From contig CAVTMK010000004.1 of NCBI GenBank assembly GCA_963735805.1, positions 672,001 to 736,000 of the forward strand: a stretch of 64,000 nucleotides of DNA, in the 5' to 3' direction. Shown here one piece after another: positions 6,520 to 16,023 of this stretch. The notes under the pieces are model-generated. The model was not told the origin of the DNA, did no database searches, and was given only the letters and a program-made list of their open reading frames with translations. The position numbers were made by a program, and so were the translations under genes. The DNA comes from an uncultured Verrucomicrobiae bacterium. Its GTDB lineage: Bacteria; Verrucomicrobiota; Verrucomicrobiia; Chthoniobacterales; UBA10450. How positions within the stretch are numbered: the first letter of the stretch is position 1; every line of letters starts with the position of its first letter.

Positions 6520-9417
6520 CTAGGGCAGAGCTTCCGCAAGCGCCTCGGCCATATGCTTTGGCCGGATATTCGAAAGATCGGTGATTTGATGCCGGCAACT
6601 TGTTCCTGAGGCGATGACCTCTGTTCCACGTCCTTGATTCTCAAGCTTGTCGATTAGATCCTGGGCGATCTGGATCGACAGATCATACTTCTCTGCGAGC
6701 GCGCCAAACCCGCCTGCCATTCCGCAGCAGGCGGTATCGAGAACGGTCGCTTTTCTCCCGGGTACACGTTCGATGAGCCGGAGCATGAACGCAGGATTCA
6801 AAATTGATTTGGCGTGACAATGCGGATGAATCGCAATCTTCGCTTCCGAAGATTGAAATTTCAGAGCTTCCGGTTCGCGCTCAAGCAAATCGTCTACAAA
6901 CTTTTCGAACAAAAAACACCGGTTCGCTATCTTTTCCGCGCTCTGGATCTTTAGCTCGCGATAGTCTTCCACGAACATTGACCAGCAAGATGGCTCGAGG
7001 AAGAGAATTGGAGCAGTGGAGGTCCCGGGCGGACTGTCCTCCTGGAGTGACGAGAGAAGATCAACATTATGTTTTCCAAGCTCTGCAGCGCCGTCCAGAT
7101 TTCCCTGGCTAAACGCGGGTCGTCCGCAGCACCACCGGTTTTTTGCGAGCGAAACATCAAACCCTAGCGCTTCCAACACTTTCACGGCAGCCATCCCGAT
7201 GTGTGGTTCCTGGTAACGCACAAACGTGTCATCCCAAAGGATGACGGGGCCACGCTTATGGCCGCGGGCGTTGACTGCGGCGCCGGAATGCGCGACCCCG
7301 GTTGCAGCATGCTTCGCAAACCAGCGATCGAAGCGTCTGCTTGTGTAGTGTGGCAGAGAACGTCGCGCGGACAGTCCTACCGTTTTTTCTATCGCGATGC
7401 GCAGAGGCTTTGAATCGAGGAACCAATTCGCGAGCGACGGCAACGCGCAACCGATTTTGCCTAACAAATCGACATTGCTGAAAAGCCGCTCCCGGAATGG
7501 CAGACCGTCGCGCTGATATCGCGCATGCATCAATTCCGCCTTGAGCAGCGCGAGATTCACATTTGACGGACATTCGGGTGTGCACCCCTTGCAAGAGAGG
7601 CAATTGCTCAGCGCGGCGTCCAATTCCATCGAACACAACGGATCGCCTCCGCTAGCGCGTAGTTCAAGGGCTGCGCGGATGATGTTGGCGCGGCCGCGTG
7701 TGGACATGACTTCTTCATGGGTGGCCATGAACGTTGGGCACATGATCCCGGTCTGCTTCAGACAGCCGCCGCAGCCGTTGCATTGTTCCAGGTTCCCGAT
7801 GAAGGAATGATCCTTGAATGCGAAGGCGAGCACCGGTTTAAACCGGACTTCCAGCGGTCGCGTGAAGTTCTCGCGCAGATGGTTGTCGATTCTGTGTTGA
7901 TACCGGTCCGGCTCGGATCCATCGGCAAAAATCTTTCCCGGATTGAAAATATTTTTCGGATCGAACATTCGCTTGATCTCGCGCATGACTCCGAGCAGCT
8001 CTTCTCCCAGTTGTTCTCGCATGTACCCGGTGCGCGCGATGCCGACACCATGCTCGGCAGAAAGCGAGCCTTTGAATTGGCGCACAAGCGCGGAGGTTTG
8101 ATCCGCGACCTGCCGAAACTTTTGCAGGTCGTGTGCGTCGTGCAGGTTTAACACGGGGCGGACATGCAAAAGTCCGCTGGCGGCGTGACCATAATAACTC
8201 GCCTCTAACCCAAGCGGTTTCATAATCGATCGCAGTCCGCGCACATATTCCGGCAGCTGTGCCGGACGAACAGCAGCATCTTCAATAAACGCGACCGGTT
8301 TTGCCGGCCCGATGCAGCCGGTCAAAAGTGAGAGGCCGGATTTGCGCACCGACCAGACGAGATTCATTTCCGTCGGCTCAGTGAGGATTTTTGTGCGCAG
8401 GCCGATATTTCTTGATTGTAAAATCGACAAGCGTTCTGCGACGTCATTATCCTGGAATTCAACGATCAAAATTGATTCGCAAGGCTGCGTATCGAGCTCG
8501 AGCAAGTCGCGCGCCGCCTGAAAATGGAGCTGACCCTTAGTTTGACCGAGCAAAGGACGATCGACGTGCTCAACGGCGGCGGGTTTAAGATCGAGAAGCT
8601 CGACTGTCGCCTGCATTGCTTTATCGACTGAGGAAAAAAAGATCAGGCCCAGACCTTTCTCACTCGGTAGCGGCGAAATCTTAATCTCAGCGGAGAAAAT
8701 CGCGGCAAGCGTGCCTTCGCTTCCCGCGAAAATATTTGTGAGATCGTTTGGCGCGCGAAGGAACCTTTCAATGCCGTAGCCGGGCCAGCGTTTTATCAGG
8801 CCCGGCGGCCAGCGATCGGCCATTTCCGCGCTTCGCGCGCGAATAAGATTCTCGATTCTAGCACACTCGATAGCGAGCGATTCATGCATCGGTCCGATTT
8901 TTTCGATGCGGCCATCGGCCAGCACAGTCTGTAGCGAAAGAACATGATCCGCGGTTGTCCCGTAAACCGGGCACCGCGCACCGGAAGAATTGTTCGCTAT
9001 CATTCCTCCAAGCGTCGCTCGTGAGCTGGTTGCTACGTCCGGACCGAAACAAAATCCATGTGGCCTTAGAAAATCGTTGAGCTGATCGAGGACAACGCCT
9101 GCCCCGACACGTACGCTGCGTTTTTCAACGTCAAGCTCGGTTATCTGGCGGTTGTACCGTGAGAGTTCGAGGATTAAACCTTCGCCAATCGCGTTCCCCA
9201 CCAGACTCGTGCCAGCTCCACGTGGTGTGATCGAAACGCGTGCATCAGCCGCCGCATGAATAACGGCACTCGCTTGCTGTGCGCTTTTGGGAAACGCCAC
9301 ACCGATCGGATCGATCTGATAAATCGAAGCGTCAGTTGCGTAAAGTTGTCGCGTCAGATTATCAAAGCGAACATCGCAGCCGGTTTGCCTGATTTTCCTT
9401 TCCTGCGCGGAAGTCAT
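6520..9417 (-). CDS. FAD-binding and Fe-S-binding oxidoreductase (GlcD/GlpC fusion, D-2-hydroxyacid dehydrogenase-like)
   Basis: PRGAGTS FAD-binding region, GSEGTL, HA..G.LHVRP, EHG.G, CNGCGGC and CLSCKGC...CP Fe-S motifs, two CCG domains. Confidence 0.88.
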   Translation of the reverse strand: MTSAQERKIRQTGCDVRFDNLTRQLYATDASIYQIDPIGVAFPKSAQQASAVIHAAADARVSITPRGAGTSLVGNAIGEGLILELSRYNRQITELDVEKRSVRVGAGVVLDQLNDFLRPHGFCFGPDVATSSRATLGGMIANNSSGARCPVYGTTADHVLSLQTVLADGRIEKIGPMHESLAIECARIENLIRARSAEMADRWPPGLIKRWPGYGIERFLRAPNDLTNIFAGSEGTLAAIFSAEIKISPLPSEKGLGLIFFSSVDKAMQATVELLDLKPAAVEHVDRPLLGQTKGQLHFQAARDLLELDTQPCESILIVEFQDNDVAERLSILQSRNIGLRTKILTEPTEMNLVWSVRKSGLSLLTGCIGPAKPVAFIEDAAVRPAQLPEYVRGLRSIMKPLGLEASYYGHAASGLLHVRPVLNLHDAHDLQKFRQVADQTSALVRQFKGSLSAEHGVGIARTGYMREQLGEELLGVMREIKRMFDPKNIFNPGKIFADGSEPDRYQHRIDNHLRENFTRPLEVRFKPVLAFAFKDHSFIGNLEQCNGCGGCLKQTGIMCPTFMATHEEVMSTRGRANIIRAALELRASGGDPLCSMELDAALSNCLSCKGCTPECPSNVNLALLKAELMHARYQRDGLPFRERLFSNVDLLGKIGCALPSLANWFLDSKPLRIAIEKTVGLSARRSLPHYTSRRFDRWFAKHAATGVAHSGAAVNARGHKRGPVILWDDTFVRYQEPHIGMAAVKVLEALGFDVSLAKNRWCCGRPAFSQGNLDGAAELGKHNVDLLSSLQEDSPPGTSTAPILFLEPSCWSMFVEDYRELKIQSAEKIANRCFLFEKFVDDLLEREPEALKFQSSEAKIAIHPHCHAKSILNPAFMLRLIERVPGRKATVLDTACCGMAGGFGALAEKYDLSIQIAQDLIDKLENQGRGTEVIASGTSCRHQITDLSNIRPKHMAEALAEALP

Positions 9418-9493
9418 TTCGACTACTCGATTATCACACGCGCGAAGCGATTAAGAAACTGCAGACCGCTGCTTGCGGCTGAGCCAACTGCCA

Positions 9494-10570
9494 CTAAAGC
9501 AGGTTCAGTTGCGCGTTTTCCGGGATCGTTTCGGCAAAGCGGACACCAGCACCGATCAGGCGCACGGGTTTTCTGGTACGGCGAAACGCTTCATCTAGAA
9601 GAGCGCGGAACTCTGGTAACGTCGGCGCAAGACCGGCGCGCTCGGCAGTGGTTCGCGTGAAATCGTCGAACTTCAATTTCACGAATATCTTTGTGATCTC
9701 GCGGCTTGTTTCCTTTTGTGCGAGGTCAGCCATTAAATCCTGGAAGAGTTCCTCGAGCTTTTCTTCGCATTGCTCCAGAGTCGTCAGATCGACGGCAAAC
9801 GTTTCCTCAGTGCTTAGAGATTTGCGGGGACGATCCGGTTCGACCGGCCGGCCATCGACGCCGCGGCAGAGATCGTAAAGGTCCAGGCCGAATTTGCCGA
9901 AAAGATCGACGAGCTCCGGGCGCGAGATGCGCTGCAACTCGCCGCATGTTTTTACACCGAGTTCTACCAGTCTTTGCTCGGTCTTCTCTCCGATTCCCCA
10001 GATTTTTCGAACGGGCAGATCCTGCATGAAACGCGGCACCTCCTCAGGTTTCACTTCAAATTGGCCGTTTGGTTTGTTTATTTCACTGGCGATTTTCGCG
10101 ATCAATTTGTTTGGGCCAATTCCGGCTGATGAAGCGAGTTTCGTCTCCCGAAAGATTGTCCCTCGAATTACCTGGGCGAGCGAACCCGGCGCGCCAGGGT
10201 GGCCAGTCACATCAAGATATGCTTCGTCCAGTGACAAAGGTTCTATGAGGGACGTGAAACGATAAAGGATTCCGCGAATAACAGCCGCTTCGCGCCGATA
10301 GACATCGAACCTTGTGGGGAGCACAATCAGATCCTGACAGCGTTGCAGGGCCATGAATGTTGGCATTGCCGAACGCACTCCAAATTTGCGCGCCTCATAA
10401 TTGCAAGTCGTCAGCACTCCGCGCCGATCACGAGCGCCGCCCACCGCTACGGGCTTGCCACGCAATGAAGGTCGGTCACGAACCTCGATCGCAGCATAGA
10501 AGCAGTCCATGTCGAGGTGAATGATGGAGCGCGGCGTTTCTTCCACATGGCAATATGTAGCGCCAAACAT
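9494..10570 (-). CDS. dinB: DNA polymerase IV (start uncertain: ATG 10570 or GTG 10546)
   Basis: IIHLDMDCFYAAIE, YEARKFGVRSAM, EPLSLDEAYLD, NKLIAKIAS..NKPNG Y-family motifs. Confidence 0.95.
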   Translation of the reverse strand: MFGATYCHVEETPRSIIHLDMDCFYAAIEVRDRPSLRGKPVAVGGARDRRGVLTTCNYEARKFGVRSAMPTFMALQRCQDLIVLPTRFDVYRREAAVIRGILYRFTSLIEPLSLDEAYLDVTGHPGAPGSLAQVIRGTIFRETKLASSAGIGPNKLIAKIASEINKPNGQFEVKPEEVPRFMQDLPVRKIWGIGEKTEQRLVELGVKTCGELQRISRPELVDLFGKFGLDLYDLCRGVDGRPVEPDRPRKSLSTEETFAVDLTTLEQCEEKLEELFQDLMADLAQKETSREITKIFVKLKFDDFTRTTAERAGLAPTLPEFRALLDEAFRRTRKPVRLIGAGVRFAETIPENAQLNLL

Positions 10571-10576
10571 TGCTTC

Positions 10577-10656
10577 GTCATGTTGAGCGGAGTCGAAACA
10601 TCTCGTGAAGTTAGCCGCGGGTTGCGCCGGGGATTCTGGGCTCCGCTCGGAATGAC
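10577..10656. repeat. Imperfect inverted-repeat element GTCAT...ATGAC (REP/MITE-like)
   Basis: GTCATGTTGAGCGGAGTCGAAACATCTC ... GATTCTGGGCTCCGCTCGGAATGAC; related copy at 43730-43821. Confidence 0.6.
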
Positions 10657-10698
10657 GATTGCCTTTTGAGGAAATTTGCGTCATGACAAATCGATTAT

Positions 10699-11400
10699 AT
10701 GACGACACCCGCAACGCGCGTTTTCATGGTCAGGCATGGCGACACGGTTTTGAGCGCCGAGGATCGCTTTGCAGGTGAGACTGACGTGGAGTTGTCCGAA
10801 AAGGGTCGCGAAGAAGCCCGGCGGCTGGCAGACAGGTTAAAGGATGAGAAGATCGCTGCCGTTTACGCGTCGCCACTGGGCCGGACGGTCGAGACCGCGC
10901 GGATTCTCGCTGCGCCCCACGATCTCGAAGTGCAAACGTGCGACGGTTTCCGGGAAATTTCGCACGGTCACTGGGAAGGGATGACGCGGCGCGACGTGGA
11001 AAAAAAATTTCCCGACGAAATGGCCGAATGGGAAAAAGACCCGTACACATTTGCCCCGGCGGGTGGGGAGAGCGGGTTGGCGGTGACAGCGCGCGCTTTG
11101 CCAGCCTTGATCACTTTAGTACGAGAGCATCCCGGCGAAAACATTCTGGTTGTATCTCACAAGGCGACGATCCGACTTTTGCTGAGTTCATTGCTCGGAT
11201 TCGATCCGCGGCGATACCGCGATAATCTCGACCAAAAACCGGCCGCGCTGAATATTGTGGATTTTCGAAATCCGACGCGCGCGCGGTTGACCCTTTTCAA
11301 CGACACCTCCCACTATGATAAGACCCCGATTCCTGAAATTCCGAAGGTGCGCCTGTCGAAATGGTGGAATACGGGTTCGGATCACAGCGATGCCAGGTGA
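10699..11400 (+). CDS. Histidine phosphatase (phosphoglycerate mutase family)
   Basis: VRHGDT, ASPL.R..ETA, E...G.WEG, GGES, LVVSH motifs. Confidence 0.9.
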   Translation: MTTPATRVFMVRHGDTVLSAEDRFAGETDVELSEKGREEARRLADRLKDEKIAAVYASPLGRTVETARILAAPHDLEVQTCDGFREISHGHWEGMTRRDVEKKFPDEMAEWEKDPYTFAPAGGESGLAVTARALPALITLVREHPGENILVVSHKATIRLLLSSLLGFDPRRYRDNLDQKPAALNIVDFRNPTRARLTLFNDTSHYDKTPIPEIPKVRLSKWWNTGSDHSDAR

Positions 11401-11430
11401 TCCCATTCGCGACCGGAGTGGCATAAGGGA

Positions 11431-11472
11431 TCCGGCGCCGGGAGAGGGGGGCGCCGGACGCGCCTTTTTTTT
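11431..11472 (+). terminator. Probable intrinsic terminator
   Basis: TCCGGCGCC/GGCGCCGGA stem followed 6 nt later by a T8 run, downstream of the phosphatase stop. Confidence 0.5.
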
Positions 11473-11545
11473 GGTCGGTCGAAATGTTTTCGGCTTTGCA
11501 AACCGTGCTTCCATCTAGATATTGAAGTGGTAATTTTTTCCTGAA

Positions 11546-13429
11546 ATGGATTCTTCTGCTTCTGTCGAAACGCATCACGATCCGCACTCACACGCCGGCG
11601 AACATGAGCATCACGAGCTCGGGTGGTGGCGAAAATATATTTTCTCCACAGACCACAAGGTGATTGGAATTCAGTACGGTCTTTGTGGCCTCGCATTCCT
11701 GTTTCTTGGCTTTTGCCTGATGATGTTGATGCGATTCCAGTTGGCTTATCCCGGGCAGGCGCTGCCTGTGATAGGCAAATTTCTTCCGCACATTTTTGGG
11801 CCCGGCTCGATGCCAGACGGAAAAATGACACCCGACTTCTACAATTCTTTAGGCGCGATGCACGGCACGATCATGATCTTTCTCGGAGTCGTGCCGCTGG
11901 CATTTGCGGCATTCGGAAATTTCGTCGTACCGCTGCAAATCGGCGCGCCAGACATGACCTTCCCGAAGGTGAACGCTGCAAGTTTTTGGGCGTTCGCGGT
12001 TGGGGGCGTAATCATGCTCACCAGTTTCTTCGTGCCGGGGGGTGCGGCTAAGAGTGGCTGGACTTCGTATACACCTCTCGCGGCAATTGCGGATACCGGC
12101 CCGGGACATAGTCCGGTGTTTAATGGTCAGACGCTTTGGCTGATCGGGTTTATTTTTCTGATCACGTCATCGTTGCTTGGCGCCGTCAACTTCATTACCA
12201 CGATCATTCAGTTGCGTGCCAAGGGGCTGACCTGGATGCGGCTCCCGTTTTTTGTGTGGGCGCAATTTGTTACAGCATTTTTGTTATTGCTGGCGTTTCC
12301 GCCGCTCGAGGCTGCGATCGTCATGCAATTGATGGATCGGCTAGCCCACACCAGCTTTTTCCTGCCGAGCGGTCTCGTTGTGAATGGCGCGCCAATGTCG
12401 ATCAGTGGCGGAGGGAGTCCTCTTTTGTGGCAACACTTGTTCTGGTTCCTCGGGCACCCCGAGGTTTACGTGCTGATTTTACCAGCATTCGGCATTGTGG
12501 CAGAAATTCTGGCAAACAACTCTCGCAAGCCGCTCTGGGGATACAAATCGCTGGTCTTTTCCGTGTTGGTAATCGGATTTCTCTCCTTCATTGTCTGGGC
12601 GCATCACATGTGGCTTACCGGCATGGGCTCGGCAGTCAGCGCATTTTTTCAAACGACGACGCTGCTGATCTCCATTCCCTCGGTGATTATCCTAAGCGCA
12701 TTTTTCATTTCGCTATGGGGCGGCTCGATCCGCTTCAATGTGCCCATGCTTTTCACCGTCGCGTTTCTTCCAATGTTCGGAATTGGCGGTCTCACGGGTA
12801 TCCCGCTGGCATTTAATTCGGCCGATCTTTACCTGCACGATACCTATTACGTCATTGCGCACTTCCATTACATCGTTGCACCGGGGACGATCTTCGGGCT
12901 TTTCGCCGGCGTTTACTATTGGTTCCCGAAAGCGACTGGCCGAAAGATGAGCGAGTTCTGGGGTAAAGTGCATTTTTGGCCGACGCTCATTTGCATGAAC
13001 CTGATTTTCTTGCCGATGTTTTTGCAGGGGATGGCCGGAATGCATCGACGCTGGTACGATGGAGGACAAGGATGGGGCGTCGCGAACGATCATACGATTT
13101 GGGGATTGACTGGTTTTCAATGGAACCAGCCGATCTCATGGGCAGCCTGGGCGATGGGGCTCGCCCAAATTCCATTCATCATTAATTTCTTCTGGAGCAT
13201 CAAGCACGGCGAAAAGGTGAATGACAATCCGTGGGAAGCGACCACCCTGGAGTGGACTGCGCCTTCACCGCCGCCACATGGAAATTTTGTTCATACTCCC
13301 GTCGCCTATCGCGGTCCTTACGAATACAGTCTGCCCGGTCGCGAAAGCGATTTCACGATGCAGAACGAACCGGTGGAACCGGCGGAGCGCACTCGCCGAA
13401 AATCGCCGGCGGAACCAGTTTTGGCCTAA
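11546..13429 (+). CDS. ctaD: Cytochrome c oxidase subunit I, A1-type haem-copper oxidase
   Basis: TDHKVIG, HGTIMIF, WFLGHPEVY, WAHHM, YVIAHFHY, GM.RR; all six His ligands present. Confidence 0.96.
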   Translation: MDSSASVETHHDPHSHAGEHEHHELGWWRKYIFSTDHKVIGIQYGLCGLAFLFLGFCLMMLMRFQLAYPGQALPVIGKFLPHIFGPGSMPDGKMTPDFYNSLGAMHGTIMIFLGVVPLAFAAFGNFVVPLQIGAPDMTFPKVNAASFWAFAVGGVIMLTSFFVPGGAAKSGWTSYTPLAAIADTGPGHSPVFNGQTLWLIGFIFLITSSLLGAVNFITTIIQLRAKGLTWMRLPFFVWAQFVTAFLLLLAFPPLEAAIVMQLMDRLAHTSFFLPSGLVVNGAPMSISGGGSPLLWQHLFWFLGHPEVYVLILPAFGIVAEILANNSRKPLWGYKSLVFSVLVIGFLSFIVWAHHMWLTGMGSAVSAFFQTTTLLISIPSVIILSAFFISLWGGSIRFNVPMLFTVAFLPMFGIGGLTGIPLAFNSADLYLHDTYYVIAHFHYIVAPGTIFGLFAGVYYWFPKATGRKMSEFWGKVHFWPTLICMNLIFLPMFLQGMAGMHRRWYDGGQGWGVANDHTIWGLTGFQWNQPISWAAWAMGLAQIPFIINFFWSIKHGEKVNDNPWEATTLEWTAPSPPPHGNFVHTPVAYRGPYEYSLPGRESDFTMQNEPVEPAERTRRKSPAEPVLA

Positions 13430-13438
13430 GTTCGACCG

Positions 13439-14296
13439 ATGGAAATTCCGTACACAGTCTCTACGCGCCCCGACACCGGACTTTGGAACGCCAAGATCGG
13501 CATCTGGTTATTCCTCGCGTCGGAAGTAATGCTCTTTGGCGCGCTCTTTTCCGCCTACATTTTCTTGCGCATCGATGCGGCGCCGGGGACGTGGCCACAT
13601 GGGCTACTCAATGTCCCAGTCGGCACGATGAACACGGCGATCCTCATCATATCGTCCGTCACCGTGGTGCTGGCATGGGCAGCGTTGAAAATGAGGCGCT
13701 ATAACGCCTACTGGTGGTACATGCTGGCGACCATCTCGTGCGGCGTTATCTTTCTTGTTGTCAAACTTGGCTACGAATGGCCACAGAAGTTCGAGCATTT
13801 CGGCGCTTACATTAAACCCAGCGCGCTCGCGAAGTACGAACAATACCTGGGTAACACACGGCGCCTTGAAAAGGGACTCGAACCGCGAATCGAGATCACG
13901 GGTCATCTGCATAGTCAAAACGCAACAGAATACGAAGTGGCACTAGATCCGGTAAATGCTGATCCTGATGATCCGGCGATGGACCGACCGCACTTTATAC
14001 CACTGCCGGTTACTGACAAAATCGCTACGATCGATAAGGCGGATGTCCAACGTGCCACGATGTTTCTGCCAACTCACAGCGCGTATTTCGCCAGTTATTT
14101 CACCATCACTGGTCTGCACGGTCTGCACGTACTCGGCGGAGTGCTCGTGTTCATTTATATGTGGCTCCCCGTCAGCAAAAAAGTCTATCAGCGCAACCCG
14201 GAACATCTGGCGAATCGCGTGGAGGTAAGCGGCCTTTTCTGGCACTTCGTCGACCTGGTCTGGATTTTTGTGTTCCCGCTGTTTTATCTGCTCTGA
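13439..14296 (+). CDS. ctaE: Cytochrome c oxidase subunit III with a soluble insertion
   Basis: WLFLASEVMLF, NT.ILI.SS, TGLHGLHV, GLFWHFVDLVWIF. Confidence 0.93.
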   Translation: MEIPYTVSTRPDTGLWNAKIGIWLFLASEVMLFGALFSAYIFLRIDAAPGTWPHGLLNVPVGTMNTAILIISSVTVVLAWAALKMRRYNAYWWYMLATISCGVIFLVVKLGYEWPQKFEHFGAYIKPSALAKYEQYLGNTRRLEKGLEPRIEITGHLHSQNATEYEVALDPVNADPDDPAMDRPHFIPLPVTDKIATIDKADVQRATMFLPTHSAYFASYFTITGLHGLHVLGGVLVFIYMWLPVSKKVYQRNPEHLANRVEVSGLFWHFVDLVWIFVFPLFYLL

Positions 14297-14300
14297 GCCT

Positions 14301-14645
14301 ATGAACAATCCACCTGATATTTCGCAGGACCCGAAGGAATACGAGGAGTACGCGCACGGCATACAAAAGCACGTCAGAGGCTATCTGATGGTGGGCGCGC
14401 TCCTGCTCACGTTTACCGTGATAACGGTTGCGCTGTCATACGTCCATTTCGGTACTGACAAGGCCAACATTGCAATTGCCATGCTGGTGGCCATGCTCAA
14501 GGCGGGCGCCGTTGCCGCGGTTTTCATGCATTTGGCTGCGGAAAGACGCCTCATTTACCGCATTCTGCTTTTCACCGGCTTTTTTGTGATGGGCCTCTTC
14601 TGGCTTATATTACTGGCGTGGTACGACTTTCCGATCTTTCGCTAA
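14301..14645 (+). CDS. ctaF: Cytochrome c oxidase subunit IV family
   Basis: Three TM helices, KA..VA..FMHL motif; follows subunit III. Confidence 0.85.
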   Translation: MNNPPDISQDPKEYEEYAHGIQKHVRGYLMVGALLLTFTVITVALSYVHFGTDKANIAIAMLVAMLKAGAVAAVFMHLAAERRLIYRILLFTGFFVMGLFWLILLAWYDFPIFR

Positions 14646-14855
14646 ATGTCCCTTAAAGGTTTCCATATTGTTTTCATCGTATTTTCAACGCTGCTTGCGC
14701 TGGGGCTCGGACTGTGGTGCGTCTGGGTCGATTTGGTGGAGGGCGCGCCTATTTATCTCGCCGGTGCGATTGCATCTTTTGTGACCGCCGTTGCGCTGAT
14801 CATTTACGGAGTCTGGTTCTATAGGAAGATGAAGCGGCTGCGGATTATCACATGA
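14646..14855 (+). CDS. Small two-TM membrane protein in the cox operon
   Basis: 69 aa, MSLK.FHIVFI start, directly abuts the ctaF stop and overlaps the next start. Confidence 0.75.
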   Translation: MSLKGFHIVFIVFSTLLALGLGLWCVWVDLVEGAPIYLAGAIASFVTAVALIIYGVWFYRKMKRLRIIT

Positions 14856-15112
14856 AAACCAAGATTCTGTCGGCCTTAGTGCTACTTATTTTTTCGCCTG
14901 TTGGACAGGCGCTGGCGTGTTCGTTCTGCTATGGCGCAAAGGATGGAAAATCTACCGAGCATATGGCGGTTGCGATCTGGTTTCTTTTTGGCGCTGTAAT
15001 GTCGGTGCTGGGCGGAATCGGAGCTTTCAGTTTTCATCTTTGGCGGCATGGACGCATGCCTGCGGAGCCGCACCAGGAGATCACCGAGGAAGATCTGAGT
15101 AAGTATGAATAG
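14852..15112 (+). CDS. Small exported CxxC membrane protein in the cox operon
   Basis: Signal peptide ending ALA, then CSFC, then one TM helix; overlaps both neighbours. Confidence 0.75.
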   Translation: MKTKILSALVLLIFSPVGQALACSFCYGAKDGKSTEHMAVAIWFLFGAVMSVLGGIGAFSFHLWRHGRMPAEPHQEITEEDLSKYE

Positions 15113-15953
15113 CCTCGCGTTGATCAACGAATTTTTGGGGCAACCGCCCAACGCTTCCTCACACGGATATCAAATCGATCACATCCTTGAGTTCTGCCAA
15201 TGGTTCATGGGGGCGCTTTTCGTTGGATGGTCCGCATTTTTTATTTTTACGTTAATTCGCTTCAGAAAGGGGCGACATCCTCGTGCTAGTCACCTGGGTG
15301 TGACGAGCGGCATTTCAACGCATCTGGAGTTTTCAGTCGTCTTAATTGAGGCGGTGCTCCTCCTCGGCTTCGCGATTCCACTTTGGGCGAAACGCGTGAA
15401 TCAGTTTCCGCCGGGCAAGGAAGCGCTGCTTGTTCATATGGTCGCGCAGCAGTTCAGCTTCAATTACCATTTGCCGGGACCGGATGGACGATTTGGCCGC
15501 CGTGATATCAGCTTTGAGAGCAACTCGAATCCACTTGGTCTTGATCCGAACGATCCTGCCGGAAAGGATGATATTGTCACGACTGGCGAACTTCATGTAC
15601 CCGTGAATCGGCCGGTCATTGTCGAGCTTTCCTCAAAGGACGTGATCCACGATTTCTTTGTCCCTAGCATGCGGATCGGTGGCGATGCAATCCCCGGTTC
15701 GTTGATTCCAATCTGGTTCACACCGGTCAAGACCGGAACGGACGAAGTGATCTGTGCACAGCTGTGCGGTCTGGGTCATTACGGAATGAAAGGCACTCTA
15801 GTTGTAGATACGCCGCAGGATTACGAAGCCTGGCTAAAAGAACGCGCCGAGCTCGCCGGCAGTGCGCAAAGCGTCCCTTCGCCCTCTCCAGGCGCGCCTC
15901 AGCCACAAAACAAACCAGCTGGACCTGCTGCATCTCCGACGCCTGGCGGATAA
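15105..15953 (+). CDS. ctaC: Cytochrome c oxidase subunit II (CuA, no fused cytochrome c)
   Basis: Two TM helices, DVIH.F.VP, DAIPG, CAQLCGLGHYGM CuA motif. Confidence 0.94.
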   Translation: MNSLALINEFLGQPPNASSHGYQIDHILEFCQWFMGALFVGWSAFFIFTLIRFRKGRHPRASHLGVTSGISTHLEFSVVLIEAVLLLGFAIPLWAKRVNQFPPGKEALLVHMVAQQFSFNYHLPGPDGRFGRRDISFESNSNPLGLDPNDPAGKDDIVTTGELHVPVNRPVIVELSSKDVIHDFFVPSMRIGGDAIPGSLIPIWFTPVKTGTDEVICAQLCGLGHYGMKGTLVVDTPQDYEAWLKERAELAGSAQSVPSPSPGAPQPQNKPAGPAASPTPGG

Positions 15954-16023
15954 GATTTTTTCGCGCCAGCAGCGCACCCGGTCGCAGTTGTCCCATCTGT
16001 CTCATTCGTCGTATTCTCCCGCT

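Noticed and set aside
10546..10714. Long DinB N-terminus and a LexA box
   Set aside because: The extension is translated repeat sequence overlapping the divergent gene; no TGTTC-N4-GAACA-type palindrome was seen
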